This document shows, piece by piece, positions 53,129 to 64,000 of a DNA stretch of 64,000 nt. The DNA lies in assembly GCF_009914755.1 (NCBI RefSeq), contig NC_060925.1; one strand, given 5' to 3'. Each line of letters starts with the position of its first letter. The stretch's first letter is position 1. This stretch comes from the human T2T-CHM13v2.0 reference genome, Homo sapiens. Below the pieces are notes generated by a model. The model ran no database searches. It saw only the letters and a list, made by a program, of their open reading frames with translations, and was not told the origin of the DNA. The position numbers were made by a program, and so were the translations under genes.

Positions 53129-54655
53129 TTTTCTTTTTTAAATTTTAAATACATTTTTATTTCAATAACTTTAAGGGTATAAGTGGTGTTTGGTTACATG
53201 GATGAACTGTATAGTGGTGAAGTCTGATATTTTAGTACCCCTGTCACCCTAGTAGTATACATTGTACCCAATATGCAGTTTTTTATCCCTCACCTTCCTC
53301 CCAACCTTCCCCTGTCTGAATCTCAAATGTCCATTATACCACTTTGTAAGCCTTTGTGTACCCATAACTTAACTCCCACTTATAAGTGAGAACATATGGC
53401 ATTTGGTTTTCCATTCCTGAGTTATTTCACTTAAAATAATGGCCTCCAGCTCCATCCAAGTTGTGCAAGACATTATTTCATTCTTTTTTGTGGCTGAGTA
53501 GTATTCCATGGCATGTATATACCACATTTTCTTTATCCACTAATTGGTTGATGGGCTCTTAGGTTAGTTCTATACCTTTGCCATTGTCAATTGTGCTGCG
53601 ATAAACATACATGTGCAGATATAATGATTTATTTTCCTTTTTGATATAATGACTTATTTTCCTTTGGGTAGATACCCAACAGTGGGATTGCTACTTTTAG
53701 TTCTTTGAGAAATCGTCATACTGTTTTCCATAGATGTTATATTAATTTACATTCCCACTAGCAGTGTATAAGTGTTCCCTTTTCACCACATCTGTGACAA
53801 CATCTATTGCTTTTTGGATTTTTAACAATGGCCATTCTGGTTGGGGTAAAGTGGTATCTCATTGTGGCTTTGATTTGCATTTCCCTGATGTTCAGTGATG
53901 TTGAAATTTTTTCCATGTTTATTGGCCATTTGTGTATCTTCTTTTGAGAAGCATCTATTCATGTAAATTGCCCACTTTTTAATGGAATTATTTGTTTTTT
54001 TTTTCCTGCTGATTTGTTTGAGCTCCTTGTAGATCCTGGATATTAGTCCTTTCTTAGATGGATACTTGCAAATATCTTCTCCCATTCTGTGGGTTTTCTC
54101 TTTACTCTGATGATTATATATTTTGCCGCACAAAAGCCTTTCAGTTTAATCAGGTTCCGTTTATTTGTTTAAATTTTTGTTGCATTTGCTTTTGGGGTCT
54201 TAGTCATAATTTTTTGCCTAGGCCAAAGTCCAGAAGAATTTTTCCTATGTTTTCTTCTAGAATTGTTATGGTTTCAAGTCTTATATTTAAGTCTTTATTC
54301 CATCTTAGGGTGATTTTTGTATGTGGTGAGAGAGATGGATCCAGTTTCATTCTTCTATCCAGTGGCTCTCCAGTTTTCACAGAACCATTTACTAAATAGG
54401 GTGTCCTTTTCCCAATTTATGTTTTTGTATGCTTTGTTGAAGATCAGTTGGTTCTAAGTATCTAGCTTTACTTCCAGGTTCTCTAGTCTGTTCCACTGGT
54501 CTATGCATCTACTTTTATATCAGTACCATGCTGTTTCGATTACTATAACCTTGTAGTATAATTTGAAGTTGGGTAATGTGATGCCTCCAGATTTGTTCTT
54601 TTTGCTTAGGATTGCTTTGGCTATTTAGGCCCTTTTATGATTCCATATGAATTTT
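53129..54655 (-). mobile_element. L1PB-like 3' fragment
   Basis: ORF2 peptide [14 protein letters not shown]...NSIKKWA; 3' UTR tggttacatggatgaa..tatagtggtgaagtctga; TSD acatttaggtttt/acatttaagtttt. Confidence 0.93.
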
Positions 54656-55711
54656 ACATTTAAGTTTTTAAAGGACTGCTAAGAGTGCTGTGTTGAGAGT
54701 AGACTGGGGGTGGGGAACAAGGGTGAAAGCAGAAATGCCAGTTGGGAGGCCATTGCAATAATTCAGATGAGGAATAATAGTGACTTGATCCAGAGTAATA
54801 CAGAATGCAGTGAAAAGTGATGCAATTCAGAGTATATTTTGACAGTGAAGCTAGTATTATAATCTGCCATCTTTACATGCCATGATGTCATAAAACATGC
54901 TTCTATTTTGGTGATTTAGGTTGTTCCTGTTTGCACTATTATAGGTAATATTTTCATTAACATTCCCACTCACACTTTTTGCCTGTCTTATTTCCTTACA
55001 TAAATTCCCAGGAATTGGATCACTGAGTTGAAGATGTGATCATCCTTATGACTCTTGCTACAAGTTGTCATATTACTTAGTAGGTTCCACCCATAGTACC
55101 TTAGGGATCTTTAATTTGAAATGCTCCAGAATTCCTCCCCCATCCCCAGGATCTCTAACCCTCTCTCCCACTATGGTTTTCTTCTTTTTCTCTTTCTCCT
55201 CTCTCTCTTTTTGGGGAGCTTATAAAAGGGAAGGGTAACAAAAATGGACAAAAGTTAGGGCCGGCCACAGGGAGAGGTAAGAAAAGATACAGAGGAATTT
55301 CTTCATTTTTTTTCTGTCTTACAGCCCTGAGAAAGTCCCAGCTGCTTCCCTTAGTTGGATGAAAATCTTCTTCTGTAAGAATCAACAAGCTAACAATACT
55401 GCTTACTTAGAGACCTTTTTGTCTTCTGCGGAGATATCAATGGACTTTACAATTTCAATTATCTTTCATAATATTCCCTGGTGTTAGAACAAACTGCCTC
55501 CTCTGAACAAACATTCCTCTCACCAGGGTGGGAAGTTTACCAAACTTTGTGGCTCCTTTATTCCCCTCCTCCATCAGGTTGGTCCCCCTTTCAAATGACC
55601 CATCCCCCATCACCACAACTCAAAAATGTACCTGCTCAGTCCTCCTTATCCAATTTCATCCTAGGTTGGAAAGAAAATATTTTAATTGTTTCTTAGAAGT
55701 GAGGGTTTTTA

Positions 55712-57272
55712 ATGAATTTTAGAATCAACTTGTCAATTTCTGCTGCTCTTAAAATGTATATGGAAATGCATGGGACTCATAAAAGCCAAAACAATGAAGA
55801 ACAAAGTTGGTGGATTCACACTTCCCAATTTCAAAACTTACAACAAAACTACAGTAACAAAGACAGTGTGTTACTGACAGAAGGATAAACATACAGATCA
55901 ATGGAACAGAATTGAGAATCACAAATAAACCCTAACAGTTACAATCAATTGATTTTCAACGAAAGAGCCAAGACAATTCAATGGGGGAAAAAAAATGGTC
56001 TTTTCAACAAGTGGTGCTGGGCAACTGGATATCCACATGCAAAAGAATTAATTTGGACCCCTAAGATTGTACACAATAATTAACTCAAAGTGAATCATAG
56101 GCCTAAATGTAGAAGCTAAAATATAAAACTTTTAGAAGAAAACTAACTCTTTTGACCTGAGTTAAGCAGTAAATCTTTGTGACTTTGAGTTAGGCAGTAA
56201 TTTCTTTGATGCAACATCAAGAGCACAAATAATAAAAGAGAAAAAAGTTGATAAGTTGAACTTAATCAAAATAAAAAAACTTCTGTGCTTCAAAGGACAC
56301 CAACAAGTGAAAGAACAGCCCCACAGAATCAGAGAGCATATTTGCAAATTATACTATCTGTTAAGGGACTAGAATATAAAAAACACAAATCAATAAGAAA
56401 TGACAAGTGATCTAAGTTGGGAATGGGCAAAGGATTACAAGATATTTTTCAAGAGAAAAATATGCAAATAAGCACATGAAAAGTCACTAGGAAAATATAA
56501 ATCAAAAGCACAATGAGATATCAATTTTCACCCACTAGAATGGCTATAATAATATAGGCAGAAAATAATAATTGTTGGTAAGGATGTGGAGAAATTGGAA
56601 AGCTCATACACTGCTAGTGGGAAAGTAAAATGGTGTAGCCACATTGGAAAAGTTTGACAGTCCCTCTAAATGCTAAAAATAGAGTTACCATATGACCCAG
56701 CAATTCTTTTATCTTGGGAATCTACCCAAAAGCAATGAAAACATATTTCCATACAAAAACTTGTGCACAAATGTTCACAGAAACTTTACTCACAATAACC
56801 AAAAAGTAGAAACAACCCATTTGTCATCAACTGATGAACAGATAAACAAAATGTGAAATATCCATACAATGAAATATTATTTGGCAATAAAAAGGAATGA
56901 GGTACAGATAGATGCCACAATATAGATGAACCTCAAAAACATTCTGCTAAGTGAAGGAAGCCAGTCACAAAAGACCACATATTATATGATCTCATTTATA
57001 TAAAATGTCCAGAATAGGCAAATCCATAGAAACAGAAAGCAGATTAGTGTTTGTCTAGGACTAGAGGGAATAAAGGGGTGGGGTATGGGAGAATAGAATT
57101 GATGAGTGACTGCTAATGAATATAAGGTTTCTTTTGGAGATGATGAAAATATTCTAAAATTAATTATGGTGACGGGTGCACTGCTAAATATACTGAAAAC
57201 CGTTGAATTGTACACTTTAAATGCGAATTTTATAGAATACAAATTATATCTCAATAAAACTGTTTTTAAAAA
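55712..57272 (+). mobile_element. L1MB-like 3' fragment with a short inverted 5' piece
   Basis: ORF2 relic (atggaacagaattgag, tcttttcaacaagtggtgctgg, catatgacccagcaattc) and 3' end tatatctcaataaaactgttttt; 55712-55743 is antisense L1. Confidence 0.9.
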
Positions 57273-57944
57273 GTGGCTTCTTGTTCACTCTTGAAAAAAG
57301 ACACCTGATTGTTTGGTTCAGCACCCTCAAAAAATTTGTTCATGTAATGCATGAAGGAGCATGCTATGGGATTGGCCTAAGAAGTTGCTAGTAATAAAAT
57401 CTAGAGGTTGTGAAGGCCTGGGGAAGAGAAGGAAGGAGTAAGGGATGGAGAAGGGAAATAAGGAATAAGTGAAGGGATGCACCCAGAAATGAAGGCACAA
57501 TCATCTCACTGTTGAAAAACCAAGGGCAAAACAGAAAGGAAATGGGGGAGTGGAATTTGCAGATATCTTTACTGCCAACTGTGTAGAACTGGGGCTGAGG
57601 TGGTTCAAAGCAAAGCTACAAAGTAAATATTAAGAGGATAAAAACTTCACTGATTTGTTGAATATATAAGGCTTTGTACAACTCACAGGGATTATTCGTT
57701 AAAAGTATACAAGCACTGTAGTCAGTTGGAAAAAGAATTATGATTCCTGTTGCCAAATTTGTATCAAAGCAAAATTATAATGTGATCCTACAATGAGCCA
57801 GAAAGAAACACAAAAAGTTTACTCCCCCCACCTACAAACAGAAACTGCTCCTTTATGTAACCTGAAGTTCATGTATATAGTCTTATTTGTACAGATCCTT
57901 GCATCTCAAGATGGATTAGTGTTTTTCAACATGGCAACTTTTAA

Positions 57945-58281
<337 letters not shown>

Positions 58282-58971
58282 TAAAAAATAATTTTAAATT
58301 TTATTTTAGACTCAGGAGTACATGTGCAGGTTTGTTACATGGGTATATGGCATAACACTGAGGTTTGGGGTGTGAATGATCCCCTCACCTAGATAATGAG
58401 CATAGTGACCAATAGGTAAGTATTTCAAGCTTTGTCCCCCTTCCTCCTTCCTGCCTCTAGTAGTCCCCAGTACCTATTGTTGTCATCTTTATGTCCATGA
58501 GTACCCAATGCTTAACTCCCACTTGTGAGATCTTACTAACACATTTGGTTTTCTGTTTCTGCCTTAATTCACTCAGGATAATGACCTCTAGCTCCATCCA
58601 TGTTGCTACAAAGGATATGATTTCACTCATTTTTTTGACTGTGTATTATACCATGCTATGTATATACCCTATTTTAAAAAATCCAATCCACTGTTGATGA
58701 ACACCTAGATTGATTCCATGTCTTTGCTATTGTGAATAGCGCTGTGATGAACATGTGAGTGCATGTGTCTTTTTGGTAGAATGGTTTATTTTCCTTTAGA
58801 TATATACTCAGTAATGAAGATTGCTGGGTTGAATGGTAATTTTGTTTTAAGTTCTTTGAGAAATCACCAAACTACTTTTCCACAGTAGCTGAACTAATTT
58901 ACATTCACACCGACAATAGATAAGCATTCCCTTTTCTTGGTAGCCTCGCCAGCAACTGTGGCTTTTGACTA

Positions 58972-59270
58972 TTTGTTGTTTTTTTTTTGAGACAGAGTCT
59001 TGCTCTATCACCCAGACTCGAGTGCAATGGTGCGATCTTGGCTCAATGTAACCTCTGCCACCCGGGTTCAAGAAATTCTCCTGCCTCAGCCTCCTGAGTA
59101 GCTGGGATTACAGGCATGTGCCACCATACCCGGCTAATTTTTGTATTTTTAGCAGAAACAGGGTTCCACCATGTTGGCCAAGTTGGTCTCAGACTCCTGA
59201 CCTTAGGTGATCCATCCTCCTCGGCCTCCCAAAGTGCTGGGATTACAGGTGTGAGGCACTGAGCCCGGCC
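58972..59270 (-). mobile_element. AluS within L1
   Basis: Full reverse-complement Alu; L1 resumes tgactttttaataatagccattctg. Confidence 0.94.
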
Positions 59271-59403
59271 TGACTTTTTAATAATAGCCATTCTGATTGG
59301 TGTGAGATGGTATCTCACCGTGGTTTTGATTTGCATTTCTCTAATGATTAGTGATGTTGAGTATTTTTCCACGTTTGTTGTCTGTTTGTATGACTTCTTT
59401 TGA

Positions 59404-59757
<354 letters not shown>

Positions 59758-60780
59758 TGCCCACTTGTTAATGGGGTTATTTTTTGCTTGTTGAATTGTT
59801 TAAGTTCCTTATAGATTCTAAATAGACCTTTATCAGATGCACAGTTTGTGAATATTTCTAAAATTTTCTCCAAACATTAGATCTTTTTAGAGACATGTTG
59901 GATTTGACATGTGTCCATGTTTTAAGTAAGATTTTTAAAATAAGAATACAGGGCAAGTTGAAATAAATGGTAACTCATTGCATCTAGTAAGTCACACACA
60001 TACACACACCATCCTCCAAAAGCTCAAAGCATGTCAAGATACAAATCACACCAGTGTTAGCCTCTTATTTATGTGTCTTAGCCCTGCCTACTCAAGAGCC
60101 TGTCTCCTCTTGACAGCTCTGTCATATAGGGTAGAAAATATAGAACAGCTGTGACCAGGGCTTACTCATCTGTACAGTCACTAGATGATAATAGTTATAA
60201 AAATTAACATGTGTAAAGGGCTTTGTGGCATATAAGCCACTACTGGGCATATGATTTTAATTCAATTTTAATCTTTATAGAAACTCCTCTCCTCTCCTCC
60301 TCACCTTGGATGGGGGTATCAAAGCTTAGGAATGAAGTGACTTGTTAAGATCTCTCACTATGCTTTTTCCTCAAGTACATAAACATTCCTGAACCTCTCT
60401 CAATTAAAAAAATGGAATTCATTCCTTATTACACATGCTTTCTAGCCAATCTTTCTTCTTTCATAACTAAGTGTTTTAGAGTAGCTTACACTCTCTGCCT
60501 CCCCCTCTTTGCATTCATATCGCTATTTTTTCCTTGTCTAAGGAATGTAATGTACTACATCAGGTCACATGCTGAAAGATTGCACCTGGGGAATGCAGTC
60601 ACCCACCTACCGCAGTTTGGCTCATGTATAGATATTAAACACAACTTGAGGAATATCCTTGACTACTGAAGAAAGTAGGCAAACTCTGGGCAGGCACTCA
60701 GACTTGGGAAGCTTGCGGCATTCCTCTGAGGTCTAAGGAGCTTCCCATTCTATGGCTATCCTCCCTGTCCTTTCCTTTCT

Positions 60781-60840
60781 GAAGGAAAGGAAGGAAGGAA
60801 AGAAGGAAGGGAGGGAGGGAGGAAGGGAAGAAAGGAAGAA
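60781..60840 (+). repeat. Degenerate (GGAA/GGGA)n purine tract
   Basis: gaaggaaaggaaggaaggaaagaaggaagggagggaggg... Confidence 0.9.
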
Positions 60841-62774
60841 TAGTTTCAAAACAAAGTTGTCTGACTACAAATTCTGTTCTGTTATTAGATCCTTTCCAAT
60901 TCACTGTTGTTGTGGTTGTTAAAATAAAGCACAAATTTTTACCACTTGTAGTAGAGAGGCCTTGTGAGAGACAGTTCCTCTACTCCAGAATTGTCACCCC
61001 TGTCTCCTATCAAAATGCCTCAGATTCTTCCATTTAAACTTTGGTAATGATGTCAATCTTGGAAGACTTTCTGGGTTGAGCAGATTAAAGAAGCTGAACA
61101 TGATAGAAGGGAGAAGAAAGCTGCAAGGAACAGGGACTGGCCTGATGGCCTGCTTCATCTATTGCCCAAGCTCCCCACAGCCAGCTCTGGTCCCTTGTAG
61201 GATAGAAAGTACAACACAAAGAGGTGACTGAATAACTTAATGGTCTTGGATACACAGTCAGTCCTCTGCTCTCCCATCTGAACTAACAATATTTCCTGTT
61301 CTGTTATCTGAAGTGTGAGGTTGGCACTCTATGATGACACAAGTGCCCACTTCCAGCCAAGCCAAGCAACCTTTCCTCCAGACTGAGTCAGTCACCTCCA
61401 TTCTTTGTGTTCTGACCTTCCAGCTGCAAAAGTAGGGCCCAGATCTCACCTTCTTAGATTCTGAGGTAGTGAACCTGAACAGGTGAATTATAGAGCCACT
61501 GTGAAGCTCTAGATTTCCAAGGAGTTCTCCACCTTACCAGTGTTTAAAATCTGTACTTAGTTCCTATATATTTTTCCACACTTTTCATTCCCTTTCCTAT
61601 AATTCCTTAATATCTCCTTTGATAGCAAAAGGGACAAATGTAAACAGGTTAGGCCATGAGCAAAATCAAGTAGGTAACATATGTCTTTGCTGCTCCATCT
61701 CCTTCCTTTCTCCTCCCTCCATTGAAGTCAGGAATCTAAAAATAGTCATCATACCTTAGTGTATATTTAAAGTTCTCTTAACTGTATCTCACAAGGGCTT
61801 TATTTTTAGTTACAAAATTTTTATAAGTTGTTTTGGCCACTACTAGAAGCAGCCTTTCAGGGAGGTAGCAAAGGCATTTTTAGGGAACATTTTTAGGAGT
61901 CTTCATCTGGGAATCACCCCAAGCAGGGAGCTCCTCAGAAACATTCTCATGCCCCGGACCTTCGTGCTCGCCACGCTTGACTGTGTAGGGAGTTTGAGAT
62001 AAAATGGTCTACAGTCATTCATTTCGGGTACCTTCCTCTGGACTCTACATTTCTGGTCACTTTTCTGTCATCACCCAGCTTCTTAGGTCAGTACCCGGTG
62101 ATACTCATGGTGATCCGGGAAGGCTGGACCAGGGAAGTGGAGGACAGGCTGTGCTGATGGTTTATTAAAGTCTGTGGCTTCTTACTCCTCCACAAGACTC
62201 CTCATCAGAGGGTGCGGCTTGGGTCATGCTGGGCACTCAGCAGCTTTGTGGTGGGTATCGGTTTGCGCTTCCTCCCCTTTGCTTTCGATTCAATGCTTTC
62301 CTGTTGCAGTCTGAGCAGCTCTATTTAACCGCAGCCTCACAGCAGCTACCACTGCATGCAAACTGGATCCATCTAGGGGCAAGTATAGGGCAACCAGAGG
62401 GTAAGGGGTTGAGAGGTAAGAAAGGAGACTGCTAGAAGTCAGCTGGAAATGAAAAATTCCAAAGCTAGAATGTCACGATGAATAACAACCAAGAAAACAT
62501 TCCAGTACCATGAAAAAAAGTACGTTCCAGTTTACATTCGGCTATGATTTTTAAAAACTGAACCCTAAGTTAATTAGTTCAAATACAGTTTCATTAGAAA
62601 ATATCTTTGCATTTTTCAAAGAAACATATAGGATAATATAAATCCTGGCTTTAATTCAAGAATTAATAAAAAAATATTAAGAATCCCAGTTCAGTTCTGA
62701 TTCAGGAATAAGATAACTGATAATTTGAGGCTAGAATTTAGTCTACAGATGTTAGAGGCCCTACAGTAGAATGC

Positions 62775-63810
62775 TCCGAGCAGAGGAAACAGCATCTGTG
62801 AAGGCCTAGAGGCAAAAGGAAGCAGGGTGTGTTTGAAACACTGGAGGTCAGTGTGAGTGGAGTTCAGACTGATGGCAAGTTACTGATCATGAGAGGCTTA
62901 TGAACCGTGATAAGAAGTTCGGACTCCATCCTAAGGACAGTGAGAAGCAACTAAAGGATTTTAAACACAAGTGGTGAATTTACAGAACTGCATTTACATA
63001 AAGAACCATCTAGTGGTTAGTGGAAAATGATCCAAGGGGAGAAAACCTGGGGGCAGGAAACTAGCAAAGGGATGTGCAAAATGCCACATAGATGGTGATC
63101 ACTTAGGCCAGTGGGGACAGGGAGAAATTGATGGATTCAAATATGTAGATTATACTGAATTTGGTTATTGACTGAATGTGGAAGGTGAGCAAAAGAGGCA
63201 TTAAGGATGAATCCTACATTTCTGCCTAGAAAAACTGGGTAGATGGTGTGGCATATGTTTGGATAAGGAGCATTATTGGAGGAATAGGTTTGAGGGAGGG
63301 AGTTGGTTAATAGGCTTTCAGGAATTTCTAATTGAAGTTCTAGAAAGCAGTCAAAAGAGGTCAGGGAAGATAGAGATTTGGAAATAATTGGCAGATAGAT
63401 CTCAATAATGCCATGGAAAGGGATAATATTTCTCACAGAAAATGTTTAGAGAGAAAAGAGGCTGATGTAGAACAGGGTTCTGAGGAACACCAGTACTTTA
63501 GGAGTAAAGAGGAGCTTGCAAAGGATGCTGAAGACCCATGACTAAGATAGGGAAAAAACAATAGTGCAAAGGAAGAGTGAATCTATCAAAGAGGATGTGA
63601 CCAAAAGCATCACATGCTACCCTGATGCCAAGTAAGATCAAGGCTGATGTATCCACTGGATTTAGTAATATGGGAGGTGGCGGGGGGGCGTTACTGTCCT
63701 GAGTGAAAGCCCTTTCAATACAATGGGAGCTGATGCCAGTTTAGATTGGGTTAAAAATTGTTTGAGAAGTGAAGAAATGGAAACAGCAAGAGCAGACATC
63801 TCATTCAGCA
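62775..63810 (-). mobile_element. L2 LINE fragment
   Basis: gcagaggaaacagcatctgtgaaggcctagaggc..., ccactggatttagtaatatgggagg, gaagtgaagaaatggaaacagcaag. Confidence 0.75.
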
Positions 63811-64000
63811 AGCTACACATACTACTCCTTTTCCCTCTACCTCTACCCTCTAAATTCCCTTTCACGCTGTCCCTATTTGGTAAATCTTGCTCATTCCAGG
63901 ACAGGGCTGGAGTGAAGGAGATTTGCAAACAAACAAACAAAAATCTGAGGAATATATATATGTTTTTCCAGAAGCAAATTTAGCCAGGGCTGAAATTCAG

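Noticed and set aside
53618-53665. About 25-bp tandem duplication
   Set aside because: Lies inside an L1 relic; neutral slippage.
60781-60840. GGAA microsatellite as an EWS-FLI1 response element
   Set aside because: Only short uninterrupted GGAA runs; tract is degenerate.

Overview
Primate (human-like) non-coding genomic DNA dominated by interspersed repeats: about 22 Alu/FLAM copies (AluJ, AluS and AluY types), several L1 3' fragments, many L2 and MIR relics, MaLR/ERVL LTRs, hAT DNA transposons (MER1B, MER20, MER53, Charlie-like), a U6 snRNA retropseudogene and simple repeats. I find no credible intact protein-coding gene; most ORFs in the track are Alu/L1/LTR-derived or chance. The most notable signal is a heavily decayed Ty3/Gypsy (sushi-like) retrotransposon fossil on the minus strand at about 22320-24720. 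Manual translation recovers gag, a possible zinc knuckle, reverse transcriptase, RNase H and a possible integrase start in canonical order. Its gag resembles that of the domesticated RTL/SIRH (PEG10/RTL1) family, and it is interrupted by a MIR and a MER53. Other points: a 39-bp inverted duplication inside that fossil, an old direct duplication of non-repeat sequence (32.4 kb vs 36.0 kb), a CpG-retaining patch at 29.3-29.5 kb, and several nested insertions with readable target-site duplications. Subfamily calls and many boundaries are by eye and approximate; no database searches were run.
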